Shown one piece after another: positions 1 to 9,040 of a stretch of DNA of 64,000 nt. The DNA is taken from assembly GCA_043801585.1 (NCBI GenBank), contig JAZDLX010000007.1, forward strand, positions 32,001 through 96,000, written 5' to 3'. This DNA is from a bacterium (lineage in GTDB: Bacteria > Electryoneota > Electryoneia > Electryoneales > Electryoneaceae). A program made the translations under genes and the position numbers. The notes beneath the pieces are model-generated. The model saw only the letters and a list, made by a program, of their open reading frames with translations. It did not search any database and was not told the DNA's origin. Every line of letters begins with the position of its first letter. Position 1 is the stretch's first letter.

Positions 1-370
1 CAACGCATTCGATCTCGACGAGTACGTTCTTTGGCAGACGGGAGACTTCAACGGCGCTCCGGGCAGGAGGGTTCTCTCCGAAATACCCGGAATAGACCTC
101 GTTCATCGTCGCGAAGTCGTCCATGCTCTGTAGAAACACTGTCGTTTTCACAACTTGTTCCAACGAGGACCCCGCTGCCTCAACGACTCCCTTCAGATTC
201 TCCAGGACGCGACGGGTCTGCTCGCGGATCTCGACACCGACAACGTTTCCCGTATCCGGATCCATCGCGATCTGTCCGGCGGTGAAGAGGAAGGAACCTT
301 GAGCGATAATCCCCTGACTGTAGGGGCCAATGGCTTGGGGGGCGTTTTCGGTGGCAAGAACACGGCGCAT
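1..370 (-). CDS. ridA: RidA/YjgF/UK114 family enamine/imine deaminase (3' end truncated by window edge)
   Basis: Manual translation (absent from ORF track): [20 protein letters not shown]...TAGQIAMDP...[56 protein letters not shown] upstream. Confidence 0.93.
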   Translation of the reverse strand, partial: MRRVLATENAPQAIGPYSQGIIAQGSFLFTAGQIAMDPDTGNVVGVEIREQTRRVLENLKGVVEAAGSSLEQVVKTTVFLQSMDDFATMNEVYSGYFGENPPARSAVEVSRLPKNVLVEIECV

Positions 371-404
371 GATCACCTCGAGTAGGTTGAATCCGAACCC
401 TTTC

Positions 405-433
405 AACGTAGCGAGTTCCGAATACCGGGTCAA
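405..433 (-). promoter_or_regulatory. Putative sigma70 promoter for ridA (TTGACC-N17-TACGTT)
   Basis: Near-consensus -35, 17-nt spacer and -10, about 35 nt upstream of the ridA start. Confidence 0.55.
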
Positions 434-561
434 GAAGAGTCGGCGCTGGAAAGAGGGCGTCAGGATGACTACGGTGGGGACGTCAGGATGATGTAAGTGG
501 AACCACCGTCCTCAGGTCGTTCATCCGCAAGCGGCGATCAGGGGACCTGCCACAAAAGCGT

Positions 562-1464
562 TCACCTGATATGAAAGATGTCCTTGAAGACATACCCGGC
601 GACACGCGGATTTTCCTTGAGCCGCCGCGTCGAATAGGCGTACCAATCCTTCCCGAAGGGGACGTAGACACGCATTTTGTGACCATCGGCAATGATCTGG
701 CGCCGCAATGTTTCGGTGACGCCGAGCAGCATCTGAAATTCGTATTTATCCGGGGTGATTTTCAGCTCTCTGATGATCCGGTTGGCTTCATAGACGAGCA
801 TCTCATCGTGGGTGGCGATGCCGATGTATATGCCGGATGAAAGCGCTTTGCGCAAAAGCATCACAAAATTGCGGCGGACGATGTCAAAATTCCTGTGGGC
901 AATCTCAGGCGGCTCAATGTAAATGCCCTTGCAAAGGCGGATGTTCGCTCTCGCCGGAATCAGGCGGTCATCCAGATCCTTCACCGTCCGGCGCAGGTAC
1001 GCCTGCACGACGACTCCGACCTCTTCATATTCCTTGCGCAGGTCTTCATAAAGATCGAGGGTGAGGGTCGTGAACGGGCTGTCCTCCATGTCAATGCGCA
1101 CGAAATTGTTCTGTTCGCGCAGCTTCTCAATGATCTGAAGAAAATTGTTCCTGCACAGGTTGTAATCGAGGGCCAGGCCCATCTGGGTTGGTTTGATTGA
1201 GATGTTGGCGTCCAGTCCTTCATTGGTGATGGTATCGATAACGCCGAGGTACCGCTGAACGGCATCCTTCGTCTCTTCCGGCCGGGTTGCCGATTCCCCG
1301 AGGACGTCGATGGTGGCACAGGCGCCCTGGCGATTTAACGTTTTCACGGCGCGGATCGCGTCCTCGATGGTCTCACCGGCGATGTAGGGTTCTGCAAAAT
1401 GGCGGACAATGGGTTTGGGGACGAAGGGCAGAGTGGCGACGATAAATCGATCAAGCAGACTCAT
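562..1464 (-). CDS. putB: Monofunctional proline dehydrogenase (PutB/ProDH type)
   Basis: Motifs YIAGET, ISIKPTQMG, VRIDMEDS, VQAYLRRT, IRLCKG, IATHD, EFQMLLG, RVYVPFGKDWYAYSTRRLKENP; start set at MSLLDRF. Confidence 0.92.
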   Translation of the reverse strand: MSLLDRFIVATLPFVPKPIVRHFAEPYIAGETIEDAIRAVKTLNRQGACATIDVLGESATRPEETKDAVQRYLGVIDTITNEGLDANISIKPTQMGLALDYNLCRNNFLQIIEKLREQNNFVRIDMEDSPFTTLTLDLYEDLRKEYEEVGVVVQAYLRRTVKDLDDRLIPARANIRLCKGIYIEPPEIAHRNFDIVRRNFVMLLRKALSSGIYIGIATHDEMLVYEANRIIRELKITPDKYEFQMLLGVTETLRRQIIADGHKMRVYVPFGKDWYAYSTRRLKENPRVAGYVFKDIFHIR

Positions 1465-1701
1465 CTCAAGCTCCTGGCAAACGTTCAGGGGCGAATCCCC
1501 ACGGTCAGAATTGCTGCAAATATACCATGAACCCCAACGTGCTCGCCAGCGATGCCTCGGGCCGTACGTGTCAATAAAATCAGGCCCTTCGCAACTTCGG
1601 TCATCCGCCGGTTGGCGGACTCCTGCTTGCGAAGGGCCGAGGTCGCACGGCTTTCGCCGCTGCAATCAGATTCTAACAAAGGGATCAGCCCCAGTCAAGT
1701 T

Positions 1702-2877
1702 TCAGCGAGGCCGCCGGTAAATCTGGCCTTTCCAGACCACGGGCCAGCGAGTCAACCAGGCGAACAACAACAGATGGTTCAGTGCGATCTGGTAAAACTC
1801 CTGCAGAAAGATCTCCCAGGTGTGGACTTTATCCCCGATACGCGTGCTGATCCGGCGGATGACGATCCAGTCGCCGATGGCCATCATCACCAATGCGGTC
1901 AACGCCTGCCACGGGTACAAGAAGATCATCCAGGGCACCACGATCCGGATCAGAAAGATCAGCGAAAAGATCAGCGTGTTCAGTGGGTTGAAGATTCTCA
2001 ATCCAGCAGCCCAGCGCCGTTTCTGCCGCCAGAGGATTTTCAACCTTTGGATCGGTGCGGTGATGATTCGGGCTTCAGGTTCGAGAATCATCGCCATGGC
2101 GCCGCGGCTGTGATGCATAAAATGGTTCATCAGGGCGTAGTCTTCGATCACCGTGCTCCCGATGACTCGGTAGCCACCCGTCCGCCGGTAGGTGCTCATC
2201 CGGATCCCGAGGTTGTTCCCGATGAGGAATGCGGAGTGAAAACGCCCTGTGATTCGAGTGATTGCTTGTGGCAGCCTGTCGAACCAGCAGTACCTGCCGT
2301 CGCTGGGTCCGCAGGAGTTCGTCAGGCCCGCCATCATGCCCAGGTAGTACCAGTGGTCGACTCGCTGCATGTGCTCCACCGGTCGTTCGATTCCCTGTAC
2401 TTTCTCAACGGTCACCAGCCCGCCGATAGCGTCCATGTCATCGGTGAAATGACTCATCATCGAGGACACCCAGGTCGGTGGAATGACGCAATCCCCATCG
2501 GTTATCAGGGAGTATTCGGTGTCCACAAGTTCAAGTCCCTCCGCAAGGGCATGAACTTTACCCTTCAGCGTTTTGTCCTCATCCTTCAGATGAAGTACAC
2601 GAGTGGAGAACCGCGAGCGCCGGGCGTACTCTTCCATCATCGTACCGGTGGCATCCGTCGAAAGGTGGTCGACGAGGATGATTTTCAAATTCTTTTCGGG
2701 GTAATCCTGGGTGTCGATGGAAGCGAGAAGGTTCAGGAGGTTCTGTTCTTCATCCCGAGCGCAGATCAGAACCGTGACCTCCGGCTGATCATCACGGGTG
2801 GGGAGTGGCCGGCGCATTCCATTGACGATCAACAGCGCTGTAATGAGACAGAGGAGACCGATCAGAAGGGCAATCAT
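1702..2877 (-). CDS. Membrane GT2 glycosyltransferase (D, DxD, ED, QxxRW type)
   Basis: CARDEE, VDHLS, TDGDC, IEDY, RQKRRW; N- and C-terminal TM segments; ATGA overlap with upstream gene. Confidence 0.88.
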   Translation of the reverse strand: MIALLIGLLCLITALLIVNGMRRPLPTRDDQPEVTVLICARDEEQNLLNLLASIDTQDYPEKNLKIILVDHLSTDATGTMMEEYARRSRFSTRVLHLKDEDKTLKGKVHALAEGLELVDTEYSLITDGDCVIPPTWVSSMMSHFTDDMDAIGGLVTVEKVQGIERPVEHMQRVDHWYYLGMMAGLTNSCGPSDGRYCWFDRLPQAITRITGRFHSAFLIGNNLGIRMSTYRRTGGYRVIGSTVIEDYALMNHFMHHSRGAMAMILEPEARIITAPIQRLKILWRQKRRWAAGLRIFNPLNTLIFSLIFLIRIVVPWMIFLYPWQALTALVMMAIGDWIVIRRISTRIGDKVHTWEIFLQEFYQIALNHLLLFAWLTRWPVVWKGQIYRRPR

Positions 2878-3620
2878 GCTGCTCTCCCCGCAAGAAACTC
2901 CCTGATTGACCCGAGACGCAACCCGGCATGTTTCCACAATGGCAGCACCGTGTCGAGCACCCTCGGCAACAGGTGGCCGTTGACCCCGCCGTCGTGCAGC
3001 ACGATGATGTCCCCCGGCTTCGCGTGTTTCAGCAGCCGTTCGGAAATCTGGCTGGCCTGCACACCCTCCTTCCAGTCTCCGACGACGAGGCTGAAGAGGA
3101 TCAGACGGGCGTTCAGTTCCGCCGCCGAGGCGACCGCAGCGTAATCGAAACGTCCAAAGGGAGGACGCAGCAACAGGGGAGTATCACCCGCAAACGGCGA
3201 ACCTTTTGAAAGAGGGAGGATGGCGGGGTTCATTTCGATGCTGCGGCGAAACCGGGTGAGGAACCACCAGGCTTGATGGCTGGCGCCATGATAGCCGATG
3301 GAATGTCCTTCGCGGCGCATGCGGGCAATCACTTTTTCCTGCCCTTCGATACGGTCGCCACGCAGAAAGAAGACAGCCTTGACGTGGTGGCGTTTCAGGC
3401 TGTCCAGTACCAATGGAGTGATCTCCGCAACCGGGCCGTCATCAAAGGTGAGCAGAAGAGGACCCTGTTCCCGATCAGGGTGTCCCCAGAGCGCATCGGG
3501 AAACAGACGGATGAATACCTCCGGGGTTCGTTGAACAGGTCCACGGAGGGTTTTCAGATCGTCGAGGAGCTGTCGCGGATCGCGGTATCGTGCAAGCTCC
3601 CGCCATACGCGGTCGAGCAT
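2874..3620 (-). CDS. Polysaccharide deacetylase (CE4/NodB)
   Basis: All five CE4 motifs: TFDDGP, HGASH, RPPFG, DW, IIVLHDG; TAATG overlap. Confidence 0.9.
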   Translation of the reverse strand: MLDRVWRELARYRDPRQLLDDLKTLRGPVQRTPEVFIRLFPDALWGHPDREQGPLLLTFDDGPVAEITPLVLDSLKRHHVKAVFFLRGDRIEGQEKVIARMRREGHSIGYHGASHQAWWFLTRFRRSIEMNPAILPLSKGSPFAGDTPLLLRPPFGRFDYAAVASAAELNARLILFSLVVGDWKEGVQASQISERLLKHAKPGDIIVLHDGGVNGHLLPRVLDTVLPLWKHAGLRLGSIREFLAGRAA

Positions 3621-4813
3621 TAACTCGCCCTCCGCGATGACTTCCCCTTGATCATCGGTTGCAGACCGCCGAAGGTTTGTCCCTTCCAGGTGAACGAGAA
3701 GAACTGGCCACGGATGCCCGCGTAGAGGATTGCCGGGGCGTGGAGGAGTTCCGTGATCAGGAACTTGCCGATAGGAAGCCGTTCTCCGAACCGCTTCGTT
3801 CCGATCTGCATGATATGCGTCTCGGCCACCAGTTTGCCGGCGACCATCGCCAGCGAAAGGGCCGGGTTCATTCTCCCGAGAATCGTGATTGGGATCGACA
3901 GCGCCGCCGCAAAGTAGTAGGCGAACGTTCCGACGAGCAGCACCATCAAATACGGCGGATAGTAGAAACCCTTCGAGGACCAGCGTGCTCTCTGATTCAC
4001 CCACTGGCGCGTCGTGTCCACCGGCTTGCTGAACACGTATCCTTCAGGCCGGTCGATGAAGATCACCCTGCCGCCGTGCGTCATCACATCCTGCAACAGG
4101 AAAACGTCATCACCCGAGGCGACACGGTCGTTGCTGCCATACCCGCCGATCCGGTCGTACACGCTGCGGCGGGCGGCAAGGTTGGAGCCGTGGGCGTTCT
4201 GCACGTGACCAGCGCCGATCGCTCCAGCGGCCATCACCGAGTAGGAGAGATGCTCCAGGCTCTCGTAATCGGACCACCAGGGAACCGGATCTCCTTTGTC
4301 ACGGATGAACCGGCTGACGCCTGTCGCACCGTCCACATTGTGATCGGAAAACGGCCCCGCCAACGCCCGCAACCAGCGCGGTCCCATCCAGCAGTCCGCG
4401 TCCGTGGTGACGATCACCTCGCCGGTGGCCAGCTCGATGCCCCGTGCGAGGGCGTATTTCTTCGGAGCGCGGCCCTGGCTCGATTCCTCGTCACGGATCC
4501 GGAGCACCTTGTATTTGACTCCGCGGCCTTCCCGCGATCGCACGAGATCTCCGGTTTGATCGCGGCTGCGGTCGTCGACGACGATCACTTCGAACTTGTC
4601 TTTGGGGTAATCCTGTGCTTCGAGGGCATCCAGCAACCGTCCGATCCGGGTCTCCTCGTCCCGTGCGGCCACGACGATGGACGCCGTAGGCAGGTCGGCA
4701 TCCTTTTCGACCATCGGGGCACGGGGGAGAATGCGCAAGCCCACTCGCACGATGATCAGGAAGGCGAAGTAGACCAGCGCCGACAACCAGGAGAACATGT
4801 AGAAGATGGTCAC
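3620..4813 (-). CDS. Membrane GT2 glycosyltransferase
   Basis: AARDEE, VDDRS, KKYAL, TTDADC, SGDD, QRARW; GTG start with GGAGG RBS, overlapping the upstream stop. Confidence 0.9.
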   Translation of the reverse strand: MTIFYMFSWLSALVYFAFLIIVRVGLRILPRAPMVEKDADLPTASIVVAARDEETRIGRLLDALEAQDYPKDKFEVIVVDDRSRDQTGDLVRSREGRGVKYKVLRIRDEESSQGRAPKKYALARGIELATGEVIVTTDADCWMGPRWLRALAGPFSDHNVDGATGVSRFIRDKGDPVPWWSDYESLEHLSYSVMAAGAIGAGHVQNAHGSNLAARRSVYDRIGGYGSNDRVASGDDVFLLQDVMTHGGRVIFIDRPEGYVFSKPVDTTRQWVNQRARWSSKGFYYPPYLMVLLVGTFAYYFAAALSIPITILGRMNPALSLAMVAGKLVAETHIMQIGTKRFGERLPIGKFLITELLHAPAILYAGIRGQFFSFTWKGQTFGGLQPMIKGKSSRRAS

Positions 4814-5868
4814 GGCGTATCCTCCCGTGACAATCCGAGACGACGGAGCAGCGCCTGGGGACGCATCCGGAACAGCACCCACAGCCCGAAGATCCCCGGA
4901 ATCAGGACGTTCATTCCGAACAGGATCAGCGATGCGGAGAATCCGGTTGTGTTTGCAATGGCATAGCGCTCGTAGAACGAAACCGCCGCCCATTCACCAA
5001 CGCCGAGGTTCCCAAGCGAAATGGGGAGGGCGGTTTTCACGAACAGTGCCGCCGCGTACGTATGTGCCGCCACCCACCAGGCAACCGGTTGAAACGCCAG
5101 GCTGATCAGCCAGAACTGGGTCAGGATAATGATGAACTGCAACGCTGTGGCAAGGGTCAGCCGAATGCAGTGGACAGGCTGGATGCCGTCATAGGCCCTG
5201 AGCAGCTCAAGCGTCCGCCCCTTCGCCCCGATCGCCAACTGGATCGCCAACAGCAAGGATTTCAACGGTGTCGGTGTCAACGCGAAGATCAGGTAGACGA
5301 GGGGCAGCAACGACACGATAACGCCCACTTCCGTCCTCAAACCGGAGGGCAGTGCAGTGTTGAATCCCGGCATCCAGAACAGCAGGAAGGGTCCGAGCAG
5401 GGCGACAGCGCCGGCGAAATACATTTTATCGAGAACGTGCAGACCCGCGAGTCGCAATCGTGAAGGAGCTTCAAGGAGGAACACCCTGCCGATTTCACCG
5501 ACACGTCCCGGAGTGATCAATCCCAGCGAAAGACCTCCGAGGAAACTGGCAAATGTCCTGCCGAAACGCACTGATGGCAATTCGGAACGGACGAGGATCC
5601 ACCAGCGAAGTCCCTGCAACGCCAGGTTGATGGGAACCAGGAGCGCCGCCAGCAGGATCAGGGTTCCATTCGCTTTTGCCAGCGCATTGCCGAGTGCGTC
5701 CTTCTGCATCGTTTTCACGAGGAGGTAGAGCAGGGCGAAGGACAATGCAGCTTTCGCAAGCCGGATCAACCACGTCAGGAGAGTCCGGCGCTTCACACCA
5801 TTGGGTTGGGGTGAGGTCGAAAGTTTCGGGGCCGCTTCAGCGCCAGGATGTTGGGACATCGGTGCCAT
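4810..5868 (-). CDS. Lysylphosphatidylglycerol-synthase-TM / UPF0104 flippase-like membrane protein
   Basis: About 8 TM helices; LRWWIL, LITPGRVGEIGR, PISLGNLGVGE motifs typical of the family. Confidence 0.82.
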   Translation of the reverse strand: MAPMSQHPGAEAAPKLSTSPQPNGVKRRTLLTWLIRLAKAALSFALLYLLVKTMQKDALGNALAKANGTLILLAALLVPINLALQGLRWWILVRSELPSVRFGRTFASFLGGLSLGLITPGRVGEIGRVFLLEAPSRLRLAGLHVLDKMYFAGAVALLGPFLLFWMPGFNTALPSGLRTEVGVIVSLLPLVYLIFALTPTPLKSLLLAIQLAIGAKGRTLELLRAYDGIQPVHCIRLTLATALQFIIILTQFWLISLAFQPVAWWVAAHTYAAALFVKTALPISLGNLGVGEWAAVSFYERYAIANTTGFSASLILFGMNVLIPGIFGLWVLFRMRPQALLRRLGLSREDTP

Positions 5869-5883
5869 CAGGTTGGTTCCGCC

Positions 5884-7053
5884 TCATTCCGTTTCTGACA
5901 TCGCGGGGTCGTGAATTTCATCTTCGATCGGTTCGCCCGCTCTTCCGCGCACAAACGTACGACCTTTCCAGTGTACGTTGCCAAACAGAGCTTTCGGCCA
6001 GATCGCCCAGAGCAGGAAAGGAGCCGAGGACGCGGTTGCCATCGCCATGACGGCGCGTGGTGGATCTCCAATGACCCGCAGGGCCGAGGAGGCGAGAATC
6101 AGATCGAACAGCCATTTGCGCTTCCATGCACTCCACACTGTCGCGGGTTTCACCAGGCCAAAGAACACGGCGACTGTCGCCAGTCCCAGTCCCATGAACA
6201 GAGCGCTGCTGATCGCACCGATCGCCACCCAGCCCGGAGCGTATTTCGGTCCCACCGAAAGGTGGCGGGCTTTGGTTGACAGGATTTTCGACGTCGGAGG
6301 AGCCGCGGAGGGGACGAAGGAACGCGGGTCCGCGGAAAAAGCCGCCTTCCAGTCCGTACGTGCGGTGATGTGCTGCAGGAACAGGTCGTCATCGCCGGAA
6401 GCCATTGTGCTGCCGCTTCCGTAGCCGCCGAGATCAAGGTAAAGCTGGCGGCGGTAGGCGAAATTCCGTCCAAAGGCGTTGAACGGGTACCCGGCTCCGA
6501 CAGCCGCCGCGCAGAGGACGGCAGCAGACCAGGATTCGCCCGCAGCGAGCACCTGGATGGGATTGCGGACACCCGTCAATGGAGCGTATCCGAGAACAAC
6601 TCCGATGTTTTCCCGCATCGATGATGCCAGGGAGCGCAGCCATCCGGGACCCGGCTGGCAATCCGCATCCGTGGTGACAATCCACTCGGCGTCGCAGGCT
6701 CGGATGCCGGTGTCGAGAGCCCGTTTTTTCGGGGAAGCGATCGACGACAGGGGGTCGGAACGGAGGGCGTGAAACCGTTTGTCCCGCTTTTCCGCGGAAC
6801 GGGCAATGCGCCACGTGGCGTCTTCCGAATCGTCGTCCACGATCAGAAAGTTCACCTTCGATTCGGGGTATTCCTGGGCGACCAGTGCACCAATCAGGTT
6901 GGGCAGGTTCCGCTCCTCATTCCGCGCCGCGACAACCACAGCCACCGTCGGGAGATCATCTTCGGGCACACTGGGGCGCCTCCGGATCATTGTCAGCCCG
7001 AACGAAGCCAGACCCGCCAGGATGCCATATAACATCGTGAAAGTCTTAAGCAT
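5884..7053 (-). CDS. Membrane GT2 glycosyltransferase
   Basis: AARNEE, VDDDS, KKRAL, TTDADC, SGDDDLF; QxxRW degenerate (TKARH); start at MLKTF with GGAG RBS. Confidence 0.87.
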   Translation of the reverse strand: MLKTFTMLYGILAGLASFGLTMIRRRPSVPEDDLPTVAVVVAARNEERNLPNLIGALVAQEYPESKVNFLIVDDDSEDATWRIARSAEKRDKRFHALRSDPLSSIASPKKRALDTGIRACDAEWIVTTDADCQPGPGWLRSLASSMRENIGVVLGYAPLTGVRNPIQVLAAGESWSAAVLCAAAVGAGYPFNAFGRNFAYRRQLYLDLGGYGSGSTMASGDDDLFLQHITARTDWKAAFSADPRSFVPSAAPPTSKILSTKARHLSVGPKYAPGWVAIGAISSALFMGLGLATVAVFFGLVKPATVWSAWKRKWLFDLILASSALRVIGDPPRAVMAMATASSAPFLLWAIWPKALFGNVHWKGRTFVRGRAGEPIEDEIHDPAMSETE

Positions 7054-7110
7054 ACGGTTGACTCCCTGCGTCAGGAAAGCCTGAACATGCCCCAAACCAA
7101 TAAGATTTGT

Positions 7111-7139
7111 AATATAGGTGGGGCCGTGAAGCGCTCCAA
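7111..7139 (-). promoter_or_regulatory. Putative promoter of the GT2 operon (TTGGAG-N17-TATATT)
   Basis: Correct spacing in the divergent intergenic region. Confidence 0.4.
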
Positions 7140-7291
7140 AGTCTTCGATCAGCCTTTGCAAGCAATAGCTGCCGTAACGTATCCTTACCCGAACAGTGTT
7201 TGGGATGCCAAAGAATAGTCAACGGGCATCCGGATGTAAGCGTTGTCTCTCACGTTTACAGGCAGTCGGTACTTTTATACGAGCGATCGCG

Positions 7292-9040
7292 ATGCTGCCT
7301 TTCCTGAGAAATCTGTCCCCCTATTACCGGTCTTACCGTGGCCGCGTTTTTCTGGGACTTTTCTTTTCCCTCGTCGGGAACATGTTCACCGTGGCGGGGC
7401 CGTGGTACATCCGCCTCGCGATCAACGGGTTGCAGACGAGCATCACCCACCAGAAACTCTGGACCTACGCGGGTATGATCCTGCTCGTTGCAGCCGCGTC
7501 CGGACTCTTCCGTTTCTTCACGCGCCGTCTGGTGATCGGCGTCAGCAGGTTTATCGAATACGACATGCGCCAGAAGTTGATCCGGCATCTGCTCAAGCTT
7601 GAACCCGCTTTTTTCGACCGCAGCCGCGTGGGCGACCTGATGACTCGATCGACCAGCGACATCGAGCAGGTGCGGATGGTCGTCGGTCCCGCGCTGATGT
7701 ACATGACAGGGACGGTCACCAGTTTTATCTTTGCCCTTGTGTTGATGGCGAAGATCAGTCCGAAGATGACCACCATCGTGCTGTTCATTGCGCCGCTGAT
7801 GGGAGTGTTGGTCTATTTCCTGGGGCGGCTTGAGCACAAAGCCTCCGCGGAGGCACAGGCGGCATTTTCCGACATTTCCGCGATGGTGCAGGAAAATCTT
7901 GCGGGTATTCGTGTTGTCAAGGCATTCCGCCAGATCCCGCAACAGGAGGCGTTTTTCGCCAGGCGAAGCGACACTCTTCGTCTGAAAAACCTGAAGATGG
8001 TGTTCATTGACGGCTCCTACATGCCGCTGATCATGCTGGTGATGGGCAGCGGGATCGCGGGAATTCTGCTCGTCGGTGGGCAGCAGATCATCGCCGGAAA
8101 ATTGCTGGTCGGCGATTTCGTCGCCTTCATCAGTTACCTGATGATGCTCGCCTGGCCGATGATCTCCACCGGCTGGGTGGTCAGCCTGCTGCAACGGGGG
8201 CGGGCCAGCCTTGAGCGCATCCATCATCTGCTCGACAGAGAGCCGCGACTTGTCGATCCCGTCGAGGGCGCCGTTGTCGAGCCCCGCAAACCGGGGACGC
8301 TGGAATTCGGCAAAGTCTCCTTCCGTTATCCGGAGACTGACGTTGACGTGTTGCGTGAAGTATCCTTCAAGGTGAAATCCGGCGGGACACTCGGCATCGT
8401 CGGGCGTGTGGGCTGCGGCAAGTCGACGATTGCGCATCTGTTGACGAGGATGTATGCGACGGAGCAGGGGAAGGTTCGCGTCGAAGGGGTGGACATGCGT
8501 GACTGGGAGTCCGTCGCCCTGCGAAAGGGGATCGCCGTGGTTCCCCAGGATCCGCTCCTGTTCAGCACTTCGATCCGGGAAAACATCAATCTTGGCGGGG
8601 ATTACAGCGATGCAGAGCTCGATCGGGCGGTCGAGATCAGCCGTCTTGTTCAGGACATTCCGGACTTCCCCAACGGGCTGGAAACGGAGGTTGGAGAACG
8701 TGGGATCACACTCTCCGGCGGCCAGAAGCAGCGTGTCGCCATTGCCCGCGCGTTGATCCGCGATCCACGGATCGTCATCTTCGATGACGCCCTCTCCGCC
8801 GTGGATGCGGAAACGGAAGAGATGATTCTGAAAAACTTCAAGACTTACTTGAAGAATCGGACAACCGTCATCATCAGTCACCGCGTCACATCGGTCGCCA
8901 ACGCCGACGAGATCATCGTCATGGATCGCGGCGAGATCCTCGAACGGGGCACGCACGCCGACCTCGTGCGGAAACGCGGAGCCTATGCCCAACTCTTCCG
9001 CGAACAGAGGATCAGCGCGGAGCTGGAGGATGCGGCATGA
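7292..9040 (+). CDS. ABC exporter ATP-binding/permease subunit (MdlA/YheI-like, degenerate Walker B)
   Basis: 6-TM domain plus NBD: GRVGCGKST, LSGGQKQR, IVIFDD (Asp in place of catalytic Glu), SHR. Confidence 0.93.
   Translation: MLPFLRNLSPYYRSYRGRVFLGLFFSLVGNMFTVAGPWYIRLAINGLQTSITHQKLWTYAGMILLVAAASGLFRFFTRRLVIGVSRFIEYDMRQKLIRHLLKLEPAFFDRSRVGDLMTRSTSDIEQVRMVVGPALMYMTGTVTSFIFALVLMAKISPKMTTIVLFIAPLMGVLVYFLGRLEHKASAEAQAAFSDISAMVQENLAGIRVVKAFRQIPQQEAFFARRSDTLRLKNLKMVFIDGSYMPLIMLVMGSGIAGILLVGGQQIIAGKLLVGDFVAFISYLMMLAWPMISTGWVVSLLQRGRASLERIHHLLDREPRLVDPVEGAVVEPRKPGTLEFGKVSFRYPETDVDVLREVSFKVKSGGTLGIVGRVGCGKSTIAHLLTRMYATEQGKVRVEGVDMRDWESVALRKGIAVVPQDPLLFSTSIRENINLGGDYSDAELDRAVEISRLVQDIPDFPNGLETEVGERGITLSGGQKQRVAIARALIRDPRIVIFDDALSAVDAETEEMILKNFKTYLKNRTTVIISHRVTSVANADEIIVMDRGEILERGTHADLVRKRGAYAQLFREQRISAELEDAA

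Noticed and set aside
1552..3144. Long antisense ORFs (530 aa here; also 3659-4966, 7256-8992, 22049-23491, 41226-42488)
   Set aside because: They shadow well-supported genes on the opposite strand, carry no recognisable motifs, and are expected in GC-rich DNA.
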